This document shows positions 33,407 through 45,763 of a DNA stretch of 64,000 nt, one piece after another; positions within the stretch are counted from its first letter, which is position 1, and every line of letters begins with the position of its first letter. The stretch comes from Tubiluchus corallicola (lineage: Eukaryota; Animalia; Priapulida), in NCBI GenBank assembly GCA_030141605.1, contig JAQGDQ010000130.1, positions 1-64,000 of the forward strand, written 5' to 3'. Both the position numbers and the translations under genes were made by a program. Under the pieces are notes generated by a model that saw nothing but the letters and a program-made list of their open reading frames with translations, was not told the origin of the DNA and searched no databases.

Positions 33407-34090
33407 TTATTTTTCATTAGTGTCCACGTTCTTTGGAGAAGGTGCTTTAGCTGGATATATGATTGGTCCCCCATCTTGGACGGGATTGAGACTACCAGCA
33501 CTAGGTGGAGCTGGCAACTGCGGGTATGAAAAACCACTGGCTGCGGTTTCTGGCGGGAAAACCGCAGGAAGTGACGTTTGCTGCGACGTCAAACTGACGA
33601 CCATTCGTTTCAATTCGTCAATGGCGTTTGCCTGCATGATGATGTAATTCTTGGCCAGCAAGAGCGTGGCAATCTTCGAAAGTTTTCTGACGGAGGGACT
33701 GTGGGCGTATGGAATGACGGAGCGTAGTTCATCTAGGGCATCGTTCAAATCGTGCATGCGGCGGCGTTCTCGTGCGTTTATACCAAGCCGTACGTGTTTT
33801 TGCTTGCAATGTTGTTTCTTCATCGTTGTATCTTCGTGCCGCTCTTGTCCAACAGGGCCTTTTTCATCATTCTCTGATGAGCTATTACCTTCACCTCCGA
33901 TCATGTGCTTTTGGACATTCTCGCGCGACAGCTCTGGTCGCATTGTCACCTCAGCCGGGTACGTGGCATCGAGTGGTACCCCAGATTCGTATCTTTGGAG
34001 GTACTCTCGAAGGTGGTGACGAGGTTCGGCATATCTGTCAAAGTATGCAGATACCCCCGCTCTGTTCAGATAGGCGTCCATTTGATTCAT
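33407..34090 (-). CDS. bhlhe22: bHLH transcription factor of the Beta3/BHLHE22-23 (Olig family, Oli-like) group, 227 aa, intronless CDS
   Basis: [56 protein letters not shown] matches the BHLHE22/23 domain. The first ATG is at 34090 (the track start is GTG), with an in-frame stop at 34115-34117. Confidence 0.93.
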   Translation of the reverse strand: MNQMDAYLNRAGVSAYFDRYAEPRHHLREYLQRYESGVPLDATYPAEVTMRPELSRENVQKHMIGGEGNSSSENDEKGPVGQERHEDTTMKKQHCKQKHVRLGINARERRRMHDLNDALDELRSVIPYAHSPSVRKLSKIATLLLAKNYIIMQANAIDELKRMVVSLTSQQTSLPAVFPPETAASGFSYPQLPAPPSAGSLNPVQDGGPIIYPAKAPSPKNVDTNEK

Positions 34091-36369
34091 TTCTATCACT
34101 GGAAATCTACACAGTTATTTGGTTAAGTCACAGTTCTTTTCAAGCCACACGCTGAGAGATTCCTAGAACAAATGTTTATTGTTTTCTGTAAATTTCACGA
34201 CTTTCATTATCAACACTCTCAGTCATGCAAGGAGCAATCAAAAACTGCCATTGCCAACCGAAACGACACCTATTTCCAGTAACTGAGTGGCAGTTCCACA
34301 ATGTAGAATTTCTGTCATTTACCAAAAAATAAGCTTGTTTACAAGTTTCTTAAACAGATTAACTTGTTTCCGTTGCCCCGAAGAAGCTCTCCAAAATTAA
34401 TGAAACTTTCTTATCGCTGATCACGCAGTCTGTTTATTGTTATTTGATACACTAATATCATCAATATTCACTTTTCTTGGCGTCTTGGAGTACTTGCCGT
34501 TTTTTACACTTTACTTCAGTGTTTTCTAACCATGACGCTTCTCTGTGTAGCGACAGTTCTTCTGACACTCTCAGCCTAATTGAAGTTGAATCGAAGACGC
34601 TTGCAGCTCAGCTCTTACCAGAACAATACAAGGCGTTGAGTCGTGTAGAAACGAATATTACACAATCGATGCTTGGAGCTGTCCAACCAATCATAATGCA
34701 CCGGGCGAGTCTGCACCGGGATGGCGGCCGGGAATACGAAGTTCAGGGTGTGAAATAGTAAATAGGGTGGAAAAGGCTGTATTTGTATTAAAAATGTTAC
34801 CTTGTTACAAATTCAAATAACAGTGTACTTTTTCAAGAGGTAGACGTAGTTTGCATCTGAAATGTAAAAGTTTATTAACATAACGGTTGGAAAAATGAAT
34901 AAATAGTACTTAAAATAGCTATATTTGTCATCATAATCCACATTTAAACAACGTGTATGTAACATGTTTTTTATGTATCCAAGGAAAAAATAAATTTAGT
35001 GTTCTAAAATTTTTATTCACGTATAGTACAAGATTTATAAATTGACGTGTACAGTGAAAAAAACACAATACACAATATATATAGTCGTTTAAATATACTT
35101 AACAAAATACAATTAGCAAAATACTGAAATGCGCTCAAAAATTTTGGATTAACAGTAAACGATGTTTTATGTAATCAATGAATAATTTTCAATGGCAGTT
35201 CTTATAAATACATTTTTCAAATTTTTGTCAATAAAAGTGTGAGAAATTACACAGAGTGGCATATTTTAACAGTCATTCCAATGGACTTGTAATGCAAAAG
35301 CCCATGCTTGAAATCTAGGCTTAATAATAACTTTTTCACATTTCCTTTCTTTTTTGCGAAAGTTTAGGATAAAAAAATCATAATTAGGGATCCATTCGAT
35401 CATGCATTAATTCTTGCGCTATTAAATTTATACTAAAGTGCAGTAATAAAAGGGCATCAAATTACTAAGAAGCGAAGAAGTGAATCTAAAGTGTCGACCT
35501 TCTGCTGAATCGAATTATTCCGAACCATTCGTCACGTCGCATTACCGGATCCTGGCTCAAATCAGCTTTGCCTGTCACAACTGTTAAAATCACGCCTTTG
35601 TGTTAAGCTTATTATTTTGGCCCTATTATGACAATAGGACCTGGTTGCTTAGTTAACGGTGTGCCTTATGGCGCGGAATAAGCGAGCTGCTCCTCGCCAC
35701 AAAAGAAAGGGAAACCGCAAAAGGGAGAGAAGAGGCAATTGTCGTCTCGTGCTACTACAAAGTGCTGCCCCTCTATAGATGGGTAAATAAATAAACTCAT
35801 AAACAGATCTACTATTTACTTAGGAGAAAAATATTTGCATATATTGTACTTTAATGGTATTACCATCTTAATCGCTCTCTTTGGCTCTGTAAGTACAGAT
35901 ACCATTAACAAGGGTTAAATGAACGCTTGCTTTAATAACACATATAATGCTTTAATATAAATATTACAATTAAAATAAGAAAAAAAGAGCAAAAAAGAGA
36001 ACTATTCATTCATGTAGAAAAAATGTTTTCTATTGTGAGTTGCAATTCGTAAAGTAATAATGATGATGTGTTGCAGATATGCTGCACTGAAAGACGCTGT
36101 AGAACAAAAACATTTTTGAAATTACAAATACTGCAAAGAATCATGCAAATGATGCCAGAATTTTTCCAAACGTTCCAAATATTATGAACATTTATTAGCA
36201 GACAGAGGAGTTTGTTACTAGTTTAATACAATTATTGTTCATGACAATGTTTTTGCCAGTAACTTGATTTTTAAATTTTTCTGTGTCAGCTGACAGAAAC
36301 TAGAATGGAAGCACTAATGTGCTTGAATCAGGTACATCACTTTTGTTGTAAAGTTAATGGTTTCTATAA

Positions 36370-37897
36370 TTGGATGCGTGATAAAAATGGCGCTATTAAA
36401 AAACTTGGGAAAAAGATGGCACGGTAAAATGGCACAGGAAAAAATGGCACAAATGAAAAATAAGATAAACATGGCACATCTACTGCTTTGATGCAGAAAA
36501 ATTCAATAATAAGAAAATGATTAAAATAACTATCATGCAGCGTATAATACACACTTAATGCACTTATTGCAAGTATAAATCAGAATTTAAGCAAGAAAAC
36601 TATTTACATTTTATTAAAAACAAATGTGAAAAAATCATGTTCAAGTGCGCGTAATTTACATATAGAAAAATGACGACACCATCAACCTAAAGTCCGGGTG
36701 AATATGACACTCTGTCAACACTGTGACAGCCAATAAGTAGAAGACGAAATTCATTTTTTGTTTTATTGCTTCTTCTGCAACCGGTTAAGACAATCCTTTC
36801 ATTCTGATATAGCAAGCATGAATAGCAATTTCATTAACTTGAACGATAACGAAAAGCTGAAACTCGCAATGGGGGGGGGGGGGGGGGTTACCGGCTGCGA
36901 CATAACCAGATTAGTCGCCCATTACATTTTCAAGTGCTTTAAAAAAGGAGTAAATAGTAGGAACATGTAAATATTAATAATATTATTTATTATTTTTTCA
37001 TGATACGCTAACTGTATGTATACTAAAATTACATAGATTTGTTATTTGTTATGTGTTTTTTGGCTGTATAACTATAATGTCATAGCTTTGTTTTGTACTT
37101 TTGTATTTTGTTATTTTGTTGTATGTATGTTATTGTAATGTAATGTATATGCCAATAATAACTTCTGAATTCCATACAGTACACACGGCTTAATAGGCTC
37201 ACTTTCGGATAAAGTGTTTCATAGTCGGTTAAACGTTCTGTGCAAGGAAAAGATTAAAAAGGAAACCGCTGTTCAAGCGATTAAGCATTTGCTGCAGGAC
37301 CAGTAGTTGCGGCAGTGGCTAAGAGATTCAAAGCAAAATCGCTACGTTAGCATATTACTGATTGCTAGAAAAATACACTGTTTGCTAATTAACTAATTCC
37401 AGTGTTCGGCGTAATGAATTTATCTAGAGTGGTCTTCAAAGTACACAAATAGTCGATAATTTATTTGAGCAATACAATTCAGTATATTGGTATTTATACA
37501 ATGACAATACAAGCGATACATCAAAGAAAATATTGGCTATATACATGTTAGTATTTGTAGTTACAGTAGGACTCGGTTACTTATTCTTTAGCCATTTTCA
37601 TCAGGCTTTATTGTTTTTTAATGAGCGTGAAGCTTTCACTACATTTTAAGTCTTTTGCATTAAATTTTACATGTGATGTTGAGATAGTTCTATTCTTTGT
37701 AACGAAACACGTCTACCCTGAATATATCGTGTTGCATTACAGTATAATAATTATTAATAAAGAAAAAATATTAAAATTTGCTTGCTTCTGTTTCTAATAT
37801 CTTACTAATTTACTTTAAATAAGCCATTCTTTCATACTTTTCCATTTGTGCCATTTTTTCCTGTGGCATTTTTACCATGCAATTTTTACTTATATTC
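36370..37897. mobile_element. MITE/foldback-like element with AAAATGGCAC-repeat inverted termini
   Basis: GGTAAAATGGCACAGGAAAAAATGGCACAAATG at about 36423-36455 is inverted at about 37843-37877; no TSD resolved. Confidence 0.75.
36700..37170 (+). mobile_element. LINE 3'-end remnant nested in the foldback element
   Basis: CQHC...VEDEIHFLFYC..CNRLR is the CCHC-type C-terminal motif of non-LTR ORF2; followed by a TGT-rich 3' UTR. Confidence 0.65.
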
Positions 37898-38934
37898 GTC
37901 AGTTTGTCAGTCATAGCATTTCGTAAAAAATACGCATTCCTAAGGCAGATTCAGTGATGCAATAGACTGAAACTAACCACAACAATCACATAACAATGTA
38001 CAGGGCATATCCATACGGGTAAATTGAGGGCCGTATTAGGAAAGTGAAAAATCTGGCTTCGTTTTGTTGTCTGCGTAACGGTCCGTAGTATCTTCATGCA
38101 AAATACTTATCCTAAGAGGAAAATATAGCTTATAACAACTTTCAAGAATAAATTTGACAACTGTACATGCCCATGCTTTAGGAACCATATGCACTTTGAA
38201 CTGGATCTCAAAATAGTCTTACTTCTTATCCAGATAGTAGGCCTGTTCCTAGACTTTGGTTTGAGGATGAATAAGATGAATATTAATTCGTGCAATTAAG
38301 TCAAAAGTGCAATGGAAGCATGATGACTTTCTTTAAAAAAGCTTGAAATTTGTGTGGTTTGAATGATATTTCTTCATTTCAACACACCGGGCAATTTTCT
38401 TGCTCATTTCCCTAGAAATACTCTCGTCTGAACTTAGCTTGTGCGCATGCGTACAGCGCCATGCTGGCTGTCCCCAGATGTGATATTCAAATGACGTGAA
38501 TAAACCTAACGAAATGATTAGAGAGCAAACCGAATTCCGGGTATTGTTCGACAATCTAATCCGGATCATTGCGTCAATCTAAGACGAGAGAGAAGCTGAG
38601 ACAGCAAGATAAATTCTGTCAACTCACTGATTAAAACAGGGATGGATGCACACTGTAGGCGCTGGTTTCACGTATATGCAAAGCATGCTGGACATAGCAC
38701 AACATTCTTAATTGAATTAAATTAGTTTTTATTTTTCCGTGTTTTTAAATAAACCTCACATAATTCTGCAATTTATTTGCCATTATGAGGCTAAAATTTT
38801 CTTTTCCTTCCTAATCATTTTAATGTTTTCTAATTTAGATAATACAGAATTTATAGTTATAATTATTTAGCATTATTTTTAACACATAATGAAAGCGGTC
38901 TGTAAAGTTAGTGTAGCTTACAACAAGTTTTATT

Positions 38935-39016
38935 ATAACGATGACAACAACGATAATGATGATGATGATGACGACGACGATGATGATGATCATGGCGATA
39001 GTGATGATGATGACGG

Positions 39017-39062
<46 letters not shown>

Positions 39063-39115
39063 AATGATGAGTGATGATGAGTGATGATGATGATGATGAT
39101 TATGATTATGGCGAT
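38935..39115. repeat. (GAT)n microsatellite
   Basis: Imperfect trinucleotide run. Confidence 0.95.
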
Positions 39116-40524
39116 AATACTCAAAATAATTTATAAATTTTAAAAAATCAGTTTTAGTATTAATAACATTCACACTGTTTAGTGTAAAACCGAATAATCC
39201 AGAGATGTTTAGTCCAAGGATTTGCGTATCAAAGTTGCAGGTTTTAATCACGTGAAATATAAGGCAGCCATAATATGCGCCATCTGGTGTTAACAAACCG
39301 CTCACAAATTTCTTCAACATTGAACAGAAGGCGCTAGAAAAGAGGAACTATTTGAGCAGAGAAATTACAAATACGAGAAAGAACAATAACAGCTTTGTTA
39401 CTGGCGTGGGGAGGAGGAGAGGGAAGCTGCGTTTATTAAAGACCAATAGAAGCTCAAGCAGAAAAGGGCAGGTTGAATTAAGATAATTATATAAAACCAG
39501 AAGCGGCCTGGCTGCATTGTACAGTGCAACCGAACGCCTTTTCTCTATTTTTAGAATTTCACAAGGTGCCACCATGAAAAATTAATATAAAAACACAATG
39601 TTCGTTCTTCAAAATTTTGTTTTTTCATGACATTGATTTTTTGAAAAAAGAATCGACAAATCGGCATATAATTTTATTTCCAGAAAGGTTATAATGTTAT
39701 GACTGTTTTTTTATTCAAATGTGCTGAGTAGGCTTGCTTAAATGGGTAAAATGGACTTCTAATTCTATACTGATTAGGTCTTGCTGAAAATTGTTACTGA
39801 AAATTTTCAACAAGCACAAAAAATATTTTTCAAAACAACTACATTAAACTTTCATTGCGCCCTTTGTTTTCGTTAGGAATTGAAAGGATACTAGATTAGT
39901 TTTCGGATTATCGTTATAATGTTATGAAGAATGTCATAATAATTAATGTTTTATTTAAATCAATAGTTTTTCGCTTAAACTGGATGAAACTCTCTTTATT
40001 CCAGACTACAATGTCTTAAAAACACAGAAAAAATCGTACTGTAGACCGCAATGCTTCAAACGCACAGTAAAATGCGTACGCACGCATGCGTAATTGCGTA
40101 CAGAAGACACTAAGCGACTTTTTGGCACATTCTGGTAGCACAGATCATTTTAGTTTAGTCACCACATGACATCACAGTGGTCTCTGTTACTGAAAATTCT
40201 GCACCGCGTTTCAGTCGGTGATTAAATTTGCCTGCTATAGAATCATTAGAGACTGCATGCGCTCATTCATTTAATAATGCTCATTATTGTACACGTTGCT
40301 AATTATCTTCAATTCATAGATATAAAGCATTTTAGAAGTGAATAATAATAATTATGAAGATAGACAAGGAAAGTTGATTGTTGAATGCAAAACTGGTTAT
40401 TTGGTTCTTATTGTTATTGGTCTTATAATAATAGTTGAATGTCAACCTATAAGAGTCGTTCAAGCTGTGACAGTTTGAACTCTTGGAAGCATATTATCGA
40501 AACTTGGAATTTGAATAAGGCACA

Positions 40525-40885
40525 TCCATGACTGACCAACCCTGGCCAGCTTGCACATTCGTTGCTGACACATCACTGGTTGGCACATCTGTGTTGGATA
40601 CATCCTGGCTGACACAGCACCGGCTGACACATCTCTGGTTGGCAGATGTTTGGTTGACACATCCCTGGTTGGCACATCTCTCGTTGGCACATCTCTGGCT
40701 GACACATACCTGGTTGGCAAATCCCTGGCTTACACATTTGTGGCTGACGCATTCCTGGCTGACATATTCCTGACTGGCATAACCCCTGTTATTTGAGTCA
40801 TCCCTGGCTGACGCATCACTGTCTAATACATCCCTGGCTGACACATCACTGTCTGGTACATCCGTGTCTGATACATCCCTGGGTA
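40525..40885. repeat. 15 bp minisatellite (consensus TGGCTGACACATCCC)
   Basis: Over 20 diverged copies; produces WLTHP-type pseudo-ORFs. Confidence 0.9.
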
Positions 40886-41796
40886 ATTCATCGCAGATTA
40901 TTTTTCTTCGACTATGTCGTCCAGCAAAAACTGCGTGTCAAGATTATAGAACCTTTATCGCCCAATTCTTGTTGTTCAAAAAAAGAGAAAACTTAGGCAG
41001 CCTTCTAACCAGCATCCACCATACCATCCAGCTTCGATAAACTTTCTCGATTTCCGCACTTCCTTGTGTCGCAGATGACCATATTTTTTCAAGGAAACAC
41101 TACTAACGCTGGTACGTTAGTTAGAAAGCAAGAAAGCTGTCAATGCCTTTGCGTGTTTTTAAGCATTTTATTGGTTTTTGTTTGTATTTTAATAGTAATT
41201 TGTTGTCTGACCCTGTTCTCTTCCAACGTTGATAACCATTATGGTAAATCTTAACAATTGTTTGCGCCATAACAGAATGTTCACTGCTAGAAATGGCTTT
41301 TTCGTGTATTATCCTGATTTTTTAAACACATGATTAGAATATGAAAGAGTTCTCCTGAGACTTGCCATCTTAACATAAGAAAACGTTATATGCCCTTATA
41401 GTCTCAAAATAATAATTTTTATTTCTTACAGAGGTTTTCGACCTTGCAGGCCTCATCAGCTGCATAGACTGTGTTGCTAATGTGAAAGTGGTGAAGTGAT
41501 TAGAATCTTAATTTGGATTGTAAAACAGCTCTTTTAAAAGAGTTCCGCTCTTTTTACGGAAATAAGGTGTGTTTTCACCCCGATAAGAGCAAAAATCTCA
41601 GCCAAACGCTTTGAATTTCTGCAGCACTTTGCGAAATATTTTTATTGACAGTTGGACTGATTATAGCAGTAAGTATTACAGTAAGCAAGTTGTGTGACGC
41701 GTGCAGTTAAATTAAGCAAAAAGTTTAATAATTTATTTTATGTATTGAGCCAAATTACAGAGAGAACGTACACAATTTACTTTCATTGGCAGTAAT

Positions 41797-41836
<40 letters not shown>

Positions 41837-41857
41837 AACGATGACAATGACGATGAT
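41797..41857. repeat. (GAT)n microsatellite
   Basis: Direct inspection. Confidence 0.95.
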
Positions 41858-42436
41858 AAATAAGTAACATTGTTAAGTTTTTTCATCTTTCGCTTTTCAC
41901 AGAAACATTCGTCTGCAGGCATTAGCCATTATTGTCTATTCCATAGAAACATTCGCCTGTAGGCATTTGCGCATCGCAGAAGCCCATTAAACGTGCAAGA
42001 GTCGATAAGAAAGCCGTCAAGCCGGGGAGAAGAAAATCCATTCTTTATGCAGAGCTGATTAATTGTTCTAGGCATTCTTTTCCTCATGCCGCTTGCTGTA
42101 GCGCCAGTCAAAATGCAATCATTTATCTCTAAATACAAATAAATCAATAAATGCGAATCAGTAGATTCTAGAATGTCTAGCTTAATAGTGACGTTTTAGT
42201 TCCGAATAGAAAGTAGGTTGTCATGCTTCAACACTATGGTATTGAAAAGAGTTTTTGAACGAAGTAAACAATATTGCCCTACAAATTCTTCTCTTGATAG
42301 GACAAAATTCCAGAAAATGTACAAAAAACTGGGATTTTAAAATGTATCACCGCTAATTGTTTTACCAGCATAATATCTGAATTTGTGATCATTTAGCGAA
42401 GAATTATGTCGGTGATAATTACATTTTTTCACAACC

Positions 42437-42508
42437 TTTTTATGTAGGTTTAGTTTACATTTCAAGCTCTATATATACATATGTACATATATATATATAT
42501 ATAGAGCT

Positions 42509-42562
<54 letters not shown>

Positions 42563-42596
42563 AGAGCTTGAAATGTAAACTAAACCTACATAAAAA
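42437..42596. repeat. Perfect 37 bp inverted repeat around a (TA)n core
   Basis: TTTTTATGTAGGTTTAGTTTACATTTCAAGCTCTATA (42437-42473) and its exact reverse complement (42560-42596). Confidence 0.95.
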
Positions 42597-42694
42597 TGTT
42601 ATTAAAAATGACACGAGCTGCAATGTTTATACTTAATTAGAAACATTGCAATTCGTGTCATTTATTAAACTAGAAGCTAACTTTAAATTGATAT

Positions 42695-42930
42695 TATTGT
42701 CACCGCCATCGTCATCATAATCATCATCATAATCATTATCATCATCGTCGTCGTCTTTATCATCTTAATCATTGTCATCATCGTCATCGTCATTGTTGTT
42801 ATCATTATCATCATCATCTTTTTCATCATCATCATCAGCGTTATTGTCATTGTCATCGTCATCGTCATTTTCTTCATCATCATCATCAGCGTTATCATCA
42901 TTGTCATCGTCATCATCATCATCATCATCC
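42695..42930. repeat. (CAT)n imperfect microsatellite
   Basis: Direct inspection. Confidence 0.92.
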
Positions 42931-45339
42931 TTTCTATAACAACTGGGGGCTGGAGCCGGAACATGTTTTCTTACTGAATAATCATGCCACTTTTACATTG
43001 TTTCGTCTTTCTTTTCAAAAATTTGATACACTTTTTCTCTTCATGTTTTTACCACACTTTTCTCCAGTTCACCCCCGGGGCTTACGTTATTTCCACATTT
43101 CCTGCTATTCGTTTCCGCTCGTTGGCAGCAGCTCTCAGTGGAAAGCCATTATGAATTCTTCTTCTGCATGAACTTTTCCTGATTTGATTTACTTTTCAAA
43201 TAGTTGAAAACCTCAATCAAAGACGCACCGCCAAGCGTAAGCTTTTTGAAGTTAGCGTAAAGAAACGTGTGAAATCCACATGAAGGCATTTACAGTAAAA
43301 AGCGTGAATTAATTATTTACCTAGAAAAGAAAGAAAGGAAAAAACAGGAAGAAGGAAATGAAGAGAGGAAGAACATGAAATGAAGGGAGAAGGAGAAAGA
43401 GAGAACGAGAAAAAGTAAACAAATTTGGTGTTGCGAAATAAGACAAATTCATTTAAAAAACAAAAGATGAGAGACTAGAGAAAAATTTTCTTAATTGCCT
43501 TTGAAGTCACATAACATATAATAGCTGAAATAGTTTCTACACAAAACAGTAAATTTTACAGTTCACAGTAGAGCAATATAATCTTATATAATAGTATACT
43601 TTCATTTTTGCAAAATTTACTTTATAAATAATCAAATAGTATTCCACAAAAGCTTCAATGAGGATGAGTTCTATAATGAAACCAAACGTTTATATTGAAA
43701 TCGAAACAAATTTTACAATTTATTTAAGAGTAAGAAATCAAAACAACTACAGACTTGTTAAGACAATGCACGTTATCTATACATCAGACATAGCGATATC
43801 ATACCAGTCTTTATGGTGTAATTTGTAATGGTTCCTCTAACAATGAGATCTCAGTAAATTTGTTTCTCGAGTAATCTGTAATAATTTTCAAATATTAGAG
43901 TTTGGTTTTGGATTTTATAATTTTCAATGTCTCCAGTACAAGACGTAACAGATATCTCTAGTATAGGTTATGCGGTAGATATATAGGTACTCTACAGTCA
44001 ACAGATCTGTCAGCGACATCTGTTGTAAATATTATTGACAATTTGTGTTAAAAATTCTCTTCTATAGATGGCGCCGTAACATCAAAATGTGCAAAATCAC
44101 AAGAATGGGTGCAGAACCTTCTATGAGTTCATCAATTATCCATCATTTCAGAAAAGAAAATTTGATTTATTGACACATGACATATAAAATGTTTATTTGA
44201 TATGCAAAGTTTAGTTCATATTATTCCTCTTCAGAAACTTTTAATGATATAGTTCACATGCAAAATGGGTCTAGATAATTAAATTTTTAATTTTTCAATC
44301 TTTTCTTTATGAATTTTAACCTTATGACTGTTATTAGTCTTATTTTCTGATACTCACTAACAATTTAAAATTCCCAATTCATTTGGATTTTAATTAAAAA
44401 TTCATTTAATTTAACGTATGATATTTACGCGTAATTTGTTTAATTTTATTTATTTGAAATTATCTATTTAACGCACGTTTCATGCATTAGCCACCAGGAA
44501 CTATTGTACTGTAGGCAATTTTGATGAACATCCATATAAAAAATATAATTTTTAGTACATTCTCTTCTATTCCGTAGAGTATTCTCTCTAATCATTATGA
44601 TAAACATCAGTTCCACGTTAGTTAGCGATTTGGCATATCGCGCAATAATTTTAATAGCAGCAAATGTATTTTTCTGGTTATAATTTATGACAGTTTCAGT
44701 AATATCGTGTCATTAAAGTATCAGCGTGTGTGTCTTTTGTGTGTGTATGTGTACTTGTAATTAAGTTAAAGCTTTGCCTGCAACTAGAAGCCACATATTT
44801 AGATATATATTTTAAAATAATAGTTTAATAATAATTATCATCATTTCGGCAATTTAGAAATTAAATTTATTTTATTATAAAAAATAATCTAATGAATTAA
44901 GAGTCACTCTAGTAAACTAACACTTACAAATGCTGACTTAGCTGCTGAGCTGTTTTAGTATTAAATTAAGTTCAATGTGTTTAAAGCGGTTGTGAGGTCT
45001 ATAGTGGCTAATGTGTAAGGTTTGTAGGCAAAATGTATATATCTACTTCAGTCCAGGTCCAGGTCAGATTTTTTTACATTTTAATCAACAATAACATTGC
45101 TATCAACCATGTAAAAAAAACACATCCTTTATTGAAACATTTCGAGCGAACTTCACTCTTCATCAATCCGCTACCTATAAAGCAAAAATAAGTTCACGCT
45201 GCAATCCACACTGCATTTTTATAATCCTTTCTTCCGGTCAAGTTTCGTTTCGGAAATTCAATAACGAAGATTCATCGCATCATAAGCTAATGTACGATAA
45301 TACATAATTACAATGTCATTTCTACATTATTTCAAAGCT

Positions 45340-45763
45340 TAGCCCTGTAAAGGGTCAGTTTTTTCGTCAAACTTGTTAGTCGGTTTTAGTTTGACCAACT
45401 AGTTTAATCGTGTAAACAGCGAAACTGACAAACTTTTAGTTTGACAAACCAAGTTTGATGGTATCAAACACAAAAACTGACAAGTCATACGCAACAACCA
45501 ATAGCGTCGCGCGCTCGTTACATCATACCGATTGTTTATTATCTATCAGCAAGTTGTATAGATATGTATATGACAAACAGCATTGTTGGCTGTTAGCTGA
45601 TACTGGAACCTGGAGGCTAGAAACAGTGTTGGTGCCACAATTTCACTGACACCCCTTGGTGAATAGTTATTACTAGAGTTTGATGCTGTCTAAGCATGCG
45701 CCAGTTTCTATTTGTCAGTTTTAGTTTGACAGTTTAAAAACTGATCGTGCAAACGGACTGTAA
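45340..45763. mobile_element. Possible PIF/Harbinger-like MITE
   Basis: Repeated TTTTAGTTTGAC/AAACTGACAA and ATCGTGTAAAC/ATCGTGCAAAC motifs at both ends; TTA/TAA flanks; degenerate termini. Confidence 0.45.

Noticed and set aside
33420-34155. Plus-strand ORFs overlapping the bHLH gene
   Set aside because: Antisense shadows of a GC-richer CDS with no recognisable domains.
38835-39320. Poly-Ile/Asp/His ORFs (likewise at 42683, 51242, 58704, 59803, 62457, 63642)
   Set aside because: Microsatellite translations.
40460-40996. Repetitive ORFs or a CRISPR-like array
   Set aside because: A 15 bp tandem minisatellite with no unique spacers and no cas genes, in a eukaryotic context.
44985-45075. Possible tRNA gene (similar patch near 60880)
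   Set aside because: Only a weak A-box-like head and no cloverleaf; at most a SINE remnant.
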